A DNA stretch of 49,703 nt from the NCBI GenBank assembly GCA_000934665.2, contig JYFJ02003320.1:1-49703 (forward strand), written 5' to 3'. The notes below the pieces were generated by a model that was not told where the DNA came from, ran no database searches, and saw nothing but the letters and a program-made list of their open reading frames with translations. This stretch comes from Catajapyx aquilonaris (Eukaryota). Position numbers and translations under genes: made by a program. Shown in pieces: positions 13,376 through 28,595 of the stretch. Every line of letters begins with the position of its first letter. Positions within the stretch are counted from its first letter, which is position 1.

Positions 13376-13708
13376 ATTTTTTTGGGTACCCCGTGCTAGG
13401 GCCGTGGGCCCTCTTAGGGGGGTGGAATACCACCATTTGTTTTGGAACCATATATAGTAATTAAATTTAGTTGTTCCAAGGGTAAGTAGGAGGGAATGTG
13501 CAACGTGCAAGTGCAATGTCGTTTATTGGTCATTTTGTGAACTCCCCTGGGTGGATTAGTCCAGCCTCTAGCGGAAATTTCCACCCGAGACGAAGCCACA
13601 GATGGCCCAACTCTGCACGAGATGAAGGGGGGAACCCCGGGTTGGGTTCGAACCCGGGACCTTAACATCCGTGGGCGCATACGTTACCGCAGCACCACTC
13701 CGCCTCCC
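13376..13708 (-). mobile_element. tRNA-derived SINE, family A
   Basis: Minus-strand head GGGAGGCGGAGTGGTGCTGCGG (A box)...GGTTCGAACCC (B box); A-rich tail; 15-bp TSD GGACATCAATTATAA (13361-13375 / 13709-13723). Confidence 0.93.
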
Positions 13709-15029
13709 GGACATCAATTATAATACGGAGCATTTAATTGAACACCTGTAGACATACAAAAGGTAGACAATTGAGGGTCTTGGCGCCAGAGTGTTGCAAT
13801 AATACACGCTTCTTTGTTAACGGCGTAGAGCCGTAGACAAAATAATACATGTTGACCATCCTTATTGTAACACAATGGCAAGTTGAGAGTTGCCAGAAAC
13901 GGGCTGCTGAACGCAAATAAGGCGAAAAGGTAGCAACACAAAGTGTCTCTGGGGCGTGGGTAACGACCTATGTGATTCGAGTGTAGCATACGATGCATGA
14001 CTGCATCAGAACTCGTATACTCTACAGTAGGCCGGTTTCCACCAGAGTACTATATCGGACAAAAATATTGAGACGATACTGAATTGAAGCCAAATTCAAA
14101 ATCGTGTCAATCTATTTGTCTGATGTAGTATAAGCTATCATGGGACAAAATGCCGCTTTTTTCATACCTTTTGTCACATTCAGTTCGCTGGCTCACGGTC
14201 AGCGACATTTTACTTCTCCTCTGTGTATATACGGGTAGTGTTCCCAGCGCTCCACGCCAGTGTCCCAGATCGTCCCTTTTATGGTACCGTAGGCGCCTCA
14301 TCTGAAATTTGAATGGGGGCAATATACCCATCCCACCTTATCCCCTTGCGCCGACACCTGTGACCGCATGTGATTAGTGTGAAGAATAATCTCCGACTCA
14401 GTTCGTTTTTACTTATCGACATCGAGAGTGCGATGATTGAAAAATAAAAATAATAACTCTCACTTCTCATAGAGGCAACTGGATGAATGTGTACTCATAA
14501 GTACAGCATATGGCACTATAACACCTGGCAGTGCCATAACGATGGGCGTTTCCGCAAATTGATTGTGGTTGGAGTAAAAAAAATATTTTAAAGTTCTTTT
14601 TATCCTCAAAATTTGTGAGCGGGGGGGNGGGGGAATAGATTTGCAACAAGTTATTGGCTCCTGCACGAACGGCTTTGTAGAAGCGCACACTCTAAGCTGC
14701 GACCAGTGATTGCGAGGATGAATGGATTGGACGGATGGATGGATTCACTCCACCTTAGCCAGTTGGCCAGGGCTTGACTTTGATGGCTTGGCTGAGCATC
14801 TCCTGCTTTTGGCGGGAAAAAAAAGAGAGAGAAACTTTGCTGGCGGGACACACAAAAAAAAGAAGAAAAAATGTACAAAAAAGAGAGAGGACAGGATACG
14901 GCCATTGTTAGGAGTGTTACGCTGGCCTCATTTGGGCTGGGATATGGGGGATGGGTGTGGGATATTATGAGTGCGCAAGTGGTGCATGCTGGTGGTCGAG
15001 CAGTACAGAGAGAGGGAGGGAGGGAGGGA

Positions 15030-15545
<516 letters not shown>

Positions 15546-15686
15546 AATATTTCCTTGACGGTGCTGGTGGCGGTGGAGTGAGTGTGGGTTGGTGGGTGGG
15601 TATGGATCGATGGATAGATGTACAGAGAGGGTTGGTTGGTTGGGGTGTGGGTGGGTGGGTGGGTGGGTGGGTGTTTTGTTGGGGGT

Positions 15687-15791
15687 GCAGTTGAGTGCGG
15701 TGAGAGTGCAGTACGGTACGGCGGGTACTGCACGGTGCGCCATGCTGTTGGTCCGCAGCGCGCTCGTTTAGTGGGTGTCTTCTAGGTGAGT
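15687..15791 (+). promoter_or_regulatory. Candidate distal TSS and non-coding first exon of Axud1, with a short uORF
   Basis: GC/CpG-rich segment just after the (GA)n tract; Inr-like GCAGTT near 15687; uORF ATG CTG TTG GTC CGC AGC GCG CTC GTT TAG at 15742-15771; consensus donor AG|GTGAGT at 15785/6. Confidence 0.45.
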
Positions 15792-18700
15792 CCCATTCTT
15801 TCTTTCATTCATTCATACGGAGTTTGTTGACTGTCCCGTGTCCCCCTTACCACCACCCGGTTGCTCCCACCCACCCACTCAATCCCCTCCCCTTTCCACA
15901 CGCTTTCGGCCGGCTTCTCAGAAAGCGCGCCCTTTCGCCTGCAATGGACGTGTTGTGAGTGGGGACATGCTCTTTGTTGGATGCAGTTCGTGCATGAGTG
16001 TGGGTGGATAGGGATAGGTGTTGCCGGCTGGACAAAGCCTCATTAGCTGGCTATAGAAACGGAGTTTGTAGCACTTTCGATAAGATTAACTGTCATTTGG
16101 TGTCTTAACTGGTCTTAATAGTTTCGAATGTTCCAAGTGTTAGTGTGGGTCATCGGAGGTTCAAGTGAGCGTTGGATATCGTTTGGGATGTATACAGCCC
16201 GGCTTTTTGTGGCTGGTAGACCATGTCGTAATAATTGTTCATAAGTATCGGTTGATGGCTTCGTGATTGGGTTATAAAGTTGCACCTACAGTGTGTGTTT
16301 ATAGGTCGACTGTAGGTATATTGGACTGTAACATGTCACCTGGCTTCAGTGCGTATCGATTCTCAATTTGGAAGTGTGGAAAACATTGCTAATATTACGA
16401 TAATAACTGAGGTAGCCTTGGGGTAGTTCGTATTGTACGTGACGGAAATTGGTGGAGGAAATAAGTTTCTAAAGGCGGGCAATGACACGAGGTCAATAAA
16501 CCTCATTATATACCGATGTCGTTTGTGCTCAAGTTAGACCTCTCCGATATCGAGATTACCAAACGCTCGTGTAATGTAGACGGGTTTTAATCTCGGTTTG
16601 TTTGCTAATGAACAACTCGGGAACGGTGGAGGGCTATCAAGTAACCTGTACTGTATTTTCTTTGGTAGGTCATTACGTTTTCAGTTTAAATTACAGAGTA
16701 TAGCCGGAGAGCGTGTTGATTTTTTTGTTAGCTAAATCGGAAGCCATTATAAATGTTACTTGAGATGTGTTACTGACTCGGTTATAGCTGTCGACAAGCA
16801 GTTAAATACAAATGGCAATTGACTGGATGACAAAGAATTATTGTTGTTCTGTACTGTAGTCCTTGGGAAGAGGGCTTATTTCTTGAACCTGCTCAGCAAC
16901 AAAGTCACGATGTTGTCTGGTTGATTTATAAAAGAAAAATGTATCCAGTGGGCTTTTTTGGGGGAAAAAATTGAGAAACGGCCTGGTGCTGCGCCTAAAA
17001 AGGCGAATCTTTTTGAAATGCAGCGGTGCACCAGCGATTTCCCATGCTGTTGCGGCGCAAACTGAGCAATACAGTGCAAAGTAGTAAAAATTTTTTAAAA
17101 AAAAGTTCCTACATACATTAGGGATGCCATAAACATATGCAGTGGTCTGTTGTGGTCTGGAAAGGTTCGGCCCAAAAAAGTGACTATATGCAGTCTTGGC
17201 GACAAGGTATTACAGTGTAATGCACTGCACACGAGTGTACAATGAACCTGTGCTTATAGTATTAGTATCTCACAGGCTCATTCACTAGCATGTATATACA
17301 GTGCTATATTCTTGCCATATTCTATATTTTTGCGCAATTTGTCGACCAGATTTCATTTATTTCCGGAAGTTGCGGGAAATGATCGACACAGTATCTTATT
17401 GTTCGACAAAGCAGCAGTGATACCAACAAGTTGTTGGTCCACAAGAGCCGCTGTTAACCTATGCCTTATTTCCTGAAGCTATAATTATCTAGATAAAATA
17501 TGCGACAATGCTGAAGTTCACACGTGTCAGTTATGTTGTATATAGATGACATTTTCACTTCGCGCGCAGGTTAATGAAAGTTAGAAATTGTGAATCCTAT
17601 AGTTGCGTGCGTGAATTATTTACTGAATAAAAATGAGAGTCTATTATCTGCTCGGACCACACTTGTAGGTGGCAGGCGAACTTGTAGATGGCTGCCGACA
17701 AATCAAAGATGACATTAACTTGGCGTAAAAGAGTGAAATGATTCATGTGGTGTGCAGCTGTTGAAAGATTCAGCAGCGTGCAGCCAGAATTCTGACGCCA
17801 ATAGTGAGCACACATTGAATATCGTGCGATGCCGTCGTTTGTTGTGCCTCGACAACAGAGCTAGTTTTCTGGAACAAATTTGTGGTATATATTTTCATGC
17901 ATGGATGTTAGTGATTTACACTAAAACATGTGCCTGATGACTACTGACCGCATCAAATTTTGCACACGATTTTTATTTAAGTCGTCACTTTTAGAACGAA
18001 GCTTCACCTCAGCTTCTTGATGGGGCTTGTCTTCAGTAAAATATTGATTTACTCCGTTGTTAAAAGCCTTTGAAGGCAAATAACATTAAGAGAAAACTTT
18101 TATCCTTGTGCGTTAAGTAGGCCGTGAATGTTGCGTAACATGCATATTTAATGCACCATTTTAAACTAAATAGAGTTTTCTATCAACAACCACACTATCG
18201 GGGGTATATAGGAAGCCTTTTCCCTGCCCACTGTGAAGAAAAATTAGTTGCTTATTGATTGGCCCTTGTAATATGCATAACGAGATATAAAATATTTGTC
18301 AATATCTGCATGGCGTGATTAGTCTGCAATTTAAGTATTATATCCTCAAAGGAAATATGTTTGGTTACCATGAACTCATAGGTGTGTGCGTAACGTGGGC
18401 TTTCGTCCATCTTTTTTGCAATTGCAACGCATCTAGGCGTGAAGATTGCCTCGGGTTCTCAGAAATATTGGTGGAAGCTTTGTTGGCGCCTGCTCTGAAC
18501 CATTCAGCGTCCCGGCCACAGAGAAGATGAGAATGATAACTTGCTGAACTAAGAAGAGGAAAAAAATGAGCCGGGTCGATGTTCACGAAATAAAGTTAAT
18601 TCACTTCGAAACGAAATCAACCCGTGAAGTCGGTTTCGCTCCCATTGAATTTATCAAAGTAACTAAATTCATGTCTTACGGCGCAATACAATCCTATCTA

Positions 18701-21700
18701 ACCCTCAAAATTATTTATTTATTTATGGGACACTGGGCCATGAGAAAATACACCAGACTTTTTGAAATCCGAATTTTCACAAACCGCGGCTGAGGACAAT
18801 AAGGACAATTTTCAATGTGGGAATCTGGAAATGTTCCCGTCGCAATCAGGTATATTTTGACATTGACATCCCCACAATTGCTGTAAATAATTACGATACG
18901 ACACGTTGTCGTGTATCGGGACTTTAAGACTTTTTGAATGTGAGAAAAATGTGTGACAAAAATGGCAGTTGAAACCAAAAATAACACCTGCTTACCAAAA
19001 CCGGTTTGGTATAGTTTAAATGTCACAGTAGGCGGGTACAGCATATAATTAAATTGTTTTTAAAACGAACTGTAAAAATCTTCATTGCCGTTTTTACAGG
19101 GGCATTATTTTTTGTGGTCCACATGATGATCCGTCACCATCCACACTGGAGTTAAAAGCCATGTTTAACCTCGTTTCATTCTTGTTGGAATGCTTGACGT
19201 TCGTCAGAGTAACTCGTTTTTCCATTATTCCCATTCGTTAACAATATTTGACGATCACTAACGCAACTCATGCTGAATTCTGCAGCCAATTCTGCCACTC
19301 CATAATATTGGGCTGGGCTTCAGTACGTGGGTACCTTTATTTCGATATCAATAATCAGGAGTCTATGGCCTCCTTAAGCTCTCATTTTTTGGTGTGCTTC
19401 AAGGTCCATATTTTATATTAATGAAGTCAACCAGTTAGCCATATACATCAGGGAGTTTAAAAAAAATTGTCACATGGTCTAAAATCGCCTTACCGAACTA
19501 TCCTGGTCTATGCATTCACCTGTCACTTTTTCTCATAATATATCCAGGGTCCCTGTTTTGCCAAACTACCCAGTTTTGGCCCGCCCTCCCCGTATATGGG
19601 CCTGGTTCTATTTTACATGCGCGCTTGCGAAAACGCCGATCCAAATATGACGTAAACTTTTTCCCCCCCTTGCTTTCCATCGACATGCCAGTACCTTTTT
19701 GCATGTGGACGAATCCGCATGTGAATAATAAATAGGAACCTTTGAAAATATGGTATGTCCTCTCCACTTTTTTGGGAGGAATTATATATAATTAATATCC
19801 TGGTATATTACCATAATTATATTGAGTATTCTTCGTACACTAGATATACGGGGAATACTATATGCGGCACTTTCTGAATTTGTGCCAATGGATGCTCAGC
19901 TAAAATCAGCATCCTGAATGGAATATCGATTATGTACTCGGGAAGCGCTATACTGCATAATGTCTTTTTGAACAACACTATCACTTATTATGAATTTTAA
20001 CACATCTTTCATAGTATGTTTTAGCGAGATGAATTACATTGCCTTGCCCAGTCGAAGTTTTGAATTCTGAATAATCCATGTCTGTCGTATTCGTTATCTT
20101 TCTGCCGGCTGGTTATTTTCCTAATTGGAAATTCTTTACGCTTCAGATCAATATTTTCTACCGCTCATTTTAATGCGGTTCGTATACGTATGTGACGTAT
20201 ACAGTACGGTCCAAATATGATCGTATACTTTCAATTGATACAAGCATCTGTAATGAGGGTATAAGCACTCAGATTATGATATTATAATGGGACTTTCGTT
20301 TGCGTCTTGTGGTCGCGAATTTGTTTAGATTTTCGATTTCTCCCACCTTATTTCGCTGGGTACCTTTATTTTTACTCAACCTTCACGGTCGTTTCAAACG
20401 GTAGAATGCAACACGACATGAGAATGTCACGATTGTAACTAACCTATTATAGGCATTATTATATTCCGATCCTGGATGGTCAGGTAACCTGTGCGTCACA
20501 GGAATTTGCTTGTGCCGTGTTATCAAAAGAGTATCACAATTCAAGACTTGGCTAGTGAAAAAGAAGCTCGTAGTATCGATTATATCTTAACATCGTAAAA
20601 GTTATCCGACACTTCCATCGATTGGACTGTGACGTCAGACCTGTAAGACACTCTAGCTGGCCATTTGTATGAAATTGACGTCCTTCCAGCAACAACAGAC
20701 ACTCAACTAATTGGCTCAAGGCGACAAGCCAATCAACTAAGTGGAGACAGTTTTGTAGAATGGTGAAAGCAATAGAGATACTATGCTGTACTATTCTGAC
20801 GTCATAACTGTTGCGCCCTGAATGGTTCCGGGGTAGATGTTGGTCGTTCACATTTTTGTGAGTCTATTTTGATTCAGTCAACTCGATACGCTGAATGGAG
20901 AGGAAATGATGTCTGAATAAACAGTCATTAGACATGTTACTATATAGAGTACAGTTAGTCCCAGTTTGTGTGTATTCTGTGCTTGTATACAAGCTATATG
21001 CTTTTCGATGGACTAATGCGGCCTTACTGATACCCAGGAAGTGCACCGCTAGGCCGTAATCAATGAATGTTGTTGACGAAGAAGCTCGTGCAATTAGTTA
21101 CAGAGAAGAGATTCATGTTGCTCGTTAGGAAGAGTGCACAGCATCCTCCCTATTATACAACGCAGCGACTCGGGTTTGATTATGCGGCTTCTGGTCAGAT
21201 CCACAGGACACTTACCTTTTCCACTTATAATAATTAATGCCATTGGTTTAGCAGGTTACTCGTTTGCACTGAAACGCGCTCTTCTGTCAACACGAACCTA
21301 CATGGTTATGAAATACTGAGCTTGCTGCTGATTATACAAGCTGTGATGCAAAAGTATAGTAGTCCACCTGAGATGCTACCGTGGCAAGCGGATAATGCTG
21401 TTCGGCGTCGAGGAGGAAGATCATGGGATTCGAGGACTCGGAAAATGAGATACTGGTACACATCGCACGAAAGTTACGAGCACGTAAAACTGTGCGGGTG
21501 TCGCCAAAAGTATTCGCCCATCCCAAAGTACGAAATGTCAGGAGCATGCCATGGCTGATTCTATAATACGTTATTTTCGTGAATGTATGGTATGTAACGG
21601 CCTGATGTGGAAACCAAACGATGCATGTGTTCCTTCAGGATTACATTTGTGCCAAGAGATTTACGTGTCCATTGCCAATAATCCAAATCGTCAGTTAGCA

Positions 21701-22032
21701 ATCAATAAGTTCGGTGTGGTTTACATGCTAGGTAACAACGGAGACCCGCCGGATTATGGATCTAAAGGGTAGGATTACAGGTTTATTGCTTGCAAATTTG
21801 ACTTGCATATAGATATCAGTAACTAATTCTGATATCCGTGCGATATATTCTTTAAACTGCTATATTTACTCAGTTGTAATGCGCACGCAGGAAGGATGCA
21901 CTTATATTTCTGGTATTTTCCATTCACCCCTTCAAATGTTTTGGCTGCCAGTGAGTTTCGCAAGCATGCTTTGGTGCGGATTAGCTATGCTGCAGAGATT
22001 AATAAATCTGAATTTAAATGTACATTGAACTT

Positions 22033-22344
22033 GGGGAGAAGTGGCGCTGCGGGTAACATACACGCTCACAGACGGAAGGGCCCCCGGGTTGGACACAAAC
22101 CCGGGAACTCACCCCTTTCATCTCTGTGGAGGTGGGTCGTCTCTGGTTTCGTATTAGGTTGGATTGCCGTTTGACTAACCACCCGGGGGAAAGCACAAAA
22201 CGACCGATATGAGCAATGGCACTTTATTCTGCACCCCCTCCCCCCAGTCACCCTTCCTGTCCGTAGGCCCGAGTATTACGTCAAAAGCGCTATGTATAGT
22301 AGCATATACCTGGACCAATCCATAAAGTCTATGCTGAACCCTAC

Positions 22345-22392
<48 letters not shown>
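22033..22392 (+). mobile_element. Diverged family-A SINE ending in (AAT)n
   Basis: GGGGAGAAGTGGCGCTGCGGGTAAC...CCCCTTTCATCTCTGTGGAG...CTCTGGTTTCGT aligns to the reverse complement of 13376-13708; (AAT)n tail at 22346-22392. Confidence 0.75.
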
Positions 22393-25300
22393 CTGACTTT
22401 CAATTTTCTTTGACAGTGATTCACACCCGTCCCAGAATTCGTATTATCAAGCTTTTCTATTATTCCGGCACCTCTCGTTCCATTAGTTAGGGTAATCGAG
22501 ACTCTACGGCAATTTATTCGGGTTATTCAGATAAGTTTGTGCTTTGGTATGCGAAACCCATTAATATTAGTTTCCTATTGCTTTCTATGACGTTCTCTCT
22601 CTCATTCCCGCTGCATGTGGGCATGGACCTATTGAATGTGGTCTTCCCTCCTTCCTGCCTCGTCTTGGTCACTATACGCAGTTGGTTTATGATCGAAAAC
22701 ATCGAAGTCATACTTTGAAACAATTCAATAGAATCAAGGATCGAACTCCTAACAGATTTATATGCAGCTAACGACCCAATAATTTCTAGCTGAAATGGAC
22801 AGCAAATCTGGTACATTACTGAATGATTTATACAGACGTTCATCGGAACTCACAAATGCAATACCTAAATCAATTCCACGAAAAATTGCGTATTCTCTAA
22901 CTCGAAATATGCTGAAAGTCGGTCAACTGAACTTGTTTAGTATATGAAACTAAAATGAAATGAGGAGCATCATGGTGATGGTGGTGATGATAGGTACACA
23001 TTTCATTATAATGCGCCTTGAAGTTTAAAGAAACGGTGCCTACTTAATCTCTCTGGAGTATCTGATTAGCAATGTCACGCGAATAAAAAATCGATTTAAC
23101 CGCGTGAATATACTCCAAGAGTCATAAAATATGATATCCTAGTAATTCCGATCGCATACCGACAGACTCCGCTTAATTAATAACGATTTAAAACCACATC
23201 ATCTGTACTACACAGAATGCAGTGCATATTGATGCCTATAATAGTCATGAAGCCGCATGAAACAAAATAGTCACCATAACCGCTGTCGTCTTCAATGGCA
23301 GTCGTGAGTTTCGTGACTCAATATTTTACGAAACGACGGACGTACTGTACTCATTATCGATTACACTCTCTCCCATTATATAAGACTCAGGTGTATAGAA
23401 AAGCTGATCCCCAGCAAGCAATACAGTATACAGTACTGAAAATGAATCCTAGCTCTTAAAGAAGTCACTTCAGAACGAGGGCTGCGTAACAGGGTTTAAA
23501 TTGTATTTTACCTGACGTAATGCCAGGCAATGTAGCAGAATTATTGTGCACGACAGCTTTTTACCAGTTGCATTGGAGTTTGTAAAGTGAATACTGTAGT
23601 AACTCTCAGTTCTGTACGGTGAATAATGCATCTCTCATCATATACTCGCAAAATCAGCGAACCATATGCGGCGTAGGGGCATATGTGCCATTTTTGCACT
23701 CAACTCCTTTGAAATTGAGCTCTTCTATTGAGTGGCGTATAATCTTGCCAAGGTATTCATTGATCTCGGTTGCTTTCCGAGGTAGGAGTTTCTCTCCATT
23801 CTGAGTAACCGTTGGCAGGCACTGTAATGTATGCAAATGTTTTCTGCGTGAGATATTTACCTCAAGTTGGCGGAGTAAAAGTACAGCGTCGGGGAAAAAA
23901 GAATCTTTCTATTCACAGAAACGGTTCTTCGGATTATGAAAATTACTGAACATTCTGTATAAACACGTTATAATCGAGTTCACAGTTCTGTCACATGATG
24001 GCGTTCATTGACGGCTTAGAAGTATGGACCAAGCTGGGACCAAGTTATTCACAAATCACGATCTTAGAGGAAAGTGAGACACGTAATGCCGTGATCCCTT
24101 TACCATTAAAAGCCATCCACATTTTTGGAATGCGAAACTTCTTTCATCAAAATTAAAACAACTGAACAAGAATTGGAGCCCCCCTTCTTATGCTGGTCTT
24201 GAAGTTACAACTGGCCAAGAACACTGCTACAGGTCCCGCATCCCATTGGCGAAAAATCGTGAATTTAATAATAATTACATCTATTCCGTGCACGATACGT
24301 AGACGTAAAACCTGGACTTTATTTTGTCGATTTCAGTGTTGTAAGGCCAAGTGACGTCACGTCCGGGACCTAGCAAAATGAATGTTGGGGCAGTGTGGGG
24401 CATGGGTGGTAGTAGAGGGTAGGCATCTATAGACTGCACCCGACCAGTCGGGATATCTGCATGGTATAATGCCTTCCATACAGCAATTGTTGAGTTCTAG
24501 TAGTTTTCAAGTGATGCTATTGTGACATTGAATAATAAATTTCTGTTCACTTAATTTACTTGTAGGTTGTTTGGTTAACGCGGAACTCAAAGACATAACT
24601 TCGCCAGAAGCAGCGACAGTCTGTTCACTAATTTCGATATTTAAGATGCAAACTGACTCTAAAGTTCTATAAAGGGCGTGTCTTTTGTATCACTTTCATC
24701 GTTATTTTTATGTAATTATTATCATAAGCCACCTTTTGAATGGACAGGTGTGGTTGTAGTGTTGCACGTTTATTGCATGTCGGTTACACTGCTGGTTCAA
24801 ATGTGAAATTAACTCTGTCTGTATCAACCATGACAGATCGACAGCACTTGCTCTCTAAGCATGGTCCACTGCCAGTGAAAACAGAATTTTATGGCAGGTG
24901 GGCTTTCGCTTAAGTGGGACTTGAACCAGGATGCCAATGACCGACGGCCACATGAAGCAAAGGCATTAAAAAACTGCCCGACTCTGCAAGTGTGTGGCGG
25001 CCTCTGCGGAATGCCTATCATCTGTCCCCCTCCCAGCCCCTCCTTTCGAACATAAGCTGCAGTGCAGAAGTGACGTTTCGTATGACAAAACTGCTACGAT
25101 GATCTTTCATTTATTATGAAATAAAGAAAAGCACTACCACCCAGTCTTTTACCTCGTATAATCGGGGAAGAAATCGAACAACTGGAATCAAATGCGCACC
25201 TTTCGTACTATCTTGTTGGTTAGACTACTGAGCTACCTGTCGTGAGAACCAAGTGTTCTAGCCTGCAGGATATTCCCTATCATTCACATGTTGAATACAG

Positions 25301-26480
25301 TACATCACTAAAACGTAATTGCCGCCGCACGCCATAATGATGCCTCCCAGACATAAGTGGTGTTGAGCATTGGAATAGGTCAACGAACCGCCATACCTTC
25401 CCATTATTCGAGAACTACTCACCACCCTGTATATGCTAGGCATGCAAAAAAAAAAGGGGGGNGGGTTGGTTCCTGAAGGTAAAGGAAATTGACCCACAGT
25501 GATGAAACTTCACAGGCAAGTATAATTCCCATCCATTACGAAATGACACTACTACGCAAAAGCAGAATGATTTCATCAGTGTAGTGGAAGTACAGTGTCC
25601 AAGGAAGGTCACCTCCAGACCAAAGTCATGGATCTGACGCCAGCGAGCGCACTCCTCCCACTATATCCCTGGGCTTATGATCGAGAACGACTTCCACTTT
25701 GTCCATCATCCACCGTTATCCCTGATCCATCGGAGTGATTATTTCCTTTTTCGATATTCAAGACATCGCTTCGAGGGCTTTTTCTATTACCCTCGACAAC
25801 GTAGGATGTGTGCAATAGTTTCGGGACTTTCCCGTGTCTATTACTTCCATCACACTTGTGTAATCATTCGGATAATGCATCACAATTTCCAACTGTATAT
25901 GAGAAATACTTGCCAGTGACATGTACTAAGTTTAAATAGGAAGTTTTCATCAGGAGTGGATTATAAAGAGGATTACGTACGCCTCTCATGTGATTATTTG
26001 AAGACTTGGCATGCCAAATATCAATGGAAACGCTTTTTTTTAACCTTTTCTTATTCTGATTGCAACCGGGTGTTTTATAACTTACAAAATATTTATGAAC
26101 ATTATTAAGGGCATGGATATGCCATCTATTAGGGTTGGCATAACTTGGGGTTTTGCTTGCAATTGGAGTGGATTTTTTTTAAAATTAATTGAAGGTTAGC
26201 GAAACACACAACAGATTCTAAAGTGTAATGATGTGTGTACACTATAGGTTTTGTTGTTGTTGTTGTTGAGTACATGTAGAGCAGTTAGACTGTTCCGATC
26301 GTATGGGCGTTCGGTGGGGGAGGTGGAAAAGTTTCTTCACCTGATCAACGGGATAAAGGTACAGTACGTTCTCATGAGTGCGTTTTTTCTTCCCTCATCG
26401 TAGACAGGCTCTCTTTATGATGCGAAAAAGTGACTTCCCGGAATTGGTTTAACTCGCGGTTCTCATGATCTATAGCTAGA

Positions 26481-27248
26481 CAGGGTGGTCCATTTAAAAC
26501 TGTTTCTGCTAATATCCTGGCAATCATGCATCCAACAAGACCTGCTGCATATGGAATGTGGGTTGCACCAAGGGGGACACAGGATAGTGCTGCGGGGTAC
26601 ATTGCGGATGGCGCCACTGACCGTGACCCGGGGTCAAGGTCACATTCGTCAATGGAAACCCCCATAATTTATTGCAGATATTGACACTACATGAAAAGCA
26701 AAGACACCTTCACAGGGACTACATTGTCAATTGAATGCGCCAACAGCGCCAAAAAAAATGTTGAAGATGATGATATTCACCTTGGGTTATGACCTGCAAT
26801 ATTAAATAAATGTTGCAATTACATTACATGAGATCTTGTTTGGGTTGTAATCCAAATTAGATATGTAATGTAATGTAATTGCAACATTTGTTTCATAGCA
26901 GGTCATAACCAGCTGACATGATGCCATTGCTCTGCATGCCGTATAGAGGTGAATATCACCATCTTCAACATTTTTTTTGGCGCGGTTGGCGCATTCAATT
27001 GACAATGTAGTCCCTGTGAAAGTGTTTTTGCTTTTCATGTAGTGTCAATATCTGCAATAAATTATGGGGGTTTCCATTGACGAATGTGACCTTGACCCCG
27101 GGTCACGGTCAGTGGCGCCATCCGCAATGCACCCCGCAGCACTATCCTGTGTCCCCCTTGGTGCAATCCACATTCCATATGCAGCAGGTCTTGTTGGATG
27201 CATGATTGTCAGGATATTAGCAGAAACAGTTTTAAATGGACCACCCTG
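26481..27248. mobile_element. Foldback MITE with ~300-bp near-identical arms (Tc1/mariner-type CAGGGTG ends)
   Basis: CAGGGTGGTCCATTTAAAACTG ... CAGTTTTAAATGGACCACCCTG|TA. Mirror ORFs 26372-26665(-) and 27064-27261(+) differ at only a few residues. Confidence 0.93.
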
Positions 27249-28031
27249 TATACGTAGGTAAAGTCGCTCGTCCTATTTTGGCTCATCTCACTCGCAGGCT
27301 CGTAAGAAGGGCCTTAGCTTATTTGTAAAAATTTTATACTGTATTGTCTCATTATTATATCTTACCCCCAAGTCGATCAGTTAGGGAAATGGCCTAAAAA
27401 CCACTCTCAACGACCAATTCATTTCATACGAAACAAGTCAAATTCGCCATTTATTCACTTGTATAGGATACCTATAAAAATAAGCACCGGTGTTGAGAAA
27501 TGGCGCGACAGCAGCTTATTCCCACTGAGTGAATTTCGCTTCTTGTAAACAGTAAGGGATGTTTTGATTCAGTTCTGGCGTGAAATTGGTGCGGAATGGT
27601 CCCAAGTTACAAAATACTCGTACATCCAAGTAATGGCAAATGAGTACTCAAAAATGATATTAAAATATTATTGTAATAATTCGGAAAATTTTACAGGAAA
27701 ATGTGCCTTCTATATGTAAAATTTTCGTCGTCACCCTACTTGCTCATATTCTTCGCCGGAGTCGAGCTTTCATACATGACGGGGTACAAAGAGGAGCAAT
27801 TTTTGCTTCATCTTTTTCTTTGCCTATGCGTGTTGAATAAAGTCATAACATATACAAATTACTTCAAGATTTTAAACTTGTGGCACTTTGATTTTGAAGG
27901 CCATCAAGATGTGAAACCCTCTAAGCACACATTCTTGCGCTTATTTCACTTCCATGCATCGAATGAAAACACAAATGAAGATGGTGCTCAATATCTACCC
28001 CGAGAGCCTCGCGCATATACAGTATTGCCTA

Positions 28032-28595
28032 TAGGGTGTTAATGAATATTCAATCGACAAACTTGTAGGGGTAATAGAGGGGACCAAGACAAACATTTTT
28101 GACATAGGAAACCGTGTCCGGAAACGCCATCTAGAGGGGGTTCATAGACAAGGAACGGGTGCGCTCTGACGCGTCACGCGAGAGGCGCTAGTCGAGCGGA
28201 CTGTTTTGTTGATAGATGGCGCGCAGGTGTTGCCAGGTTATGGCGTGTCGTGTCGTTGTAAGTAAACAACAACGCGATACGCCATAACCTGGCAACAACA
28301 GAACCGCTGTTGACTATCCGCGCGTCTCCTAGGAGGCGGACTTTAGTTGCTAGATGACTCTGTTGTTGCCACGTTATGGCACATCGCATAGTTGGTTACT
28401 ATCCGAGCGCCATCTATCAACAAAACAATCCGCTCACCTAGCACCTCTCGCGTGACGCGTCTGAGCGCACCCGTTCCTTGTCTATGAACCCCCTCTAGAT
28501 GGCGTTTCCGGACACGGTTTCCTATGTCAAAAATGTTTGTCTTGGTCCCCTCTATTACCCCTACAAGTTTGTCGATTGAATTCATTAACACCCTG
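28032..28595. mobile_element. Foldback MITE with ~190-bp arms and an internal hairpin (Tc1/mariner-type)
   Basis: TA|TAGGGTGTTAATGAA ... TTCATTAACACCCTG|TA; internal stem TGTTGCCAGGTTATGGCGT ... ACGCCATAACCTGGCAACA (~28228-28297). Confidence 0.92.

Noticed and set aside
20600..20770. Peptide 'TLAGHLYEIDVLP' resembling non-LTR C-terminal 'LAxHLxRIGIL' motifs
   Set aside because: Too short and degenerate to call without a profile search.
26372..27261. Pair of near-identical ORFs on opposite strands (MGVSIDECDLDPGSRS...)
   Set aside because: Mirror images from the arms of a foldback element; non-ATG starts and no recognisable domain.
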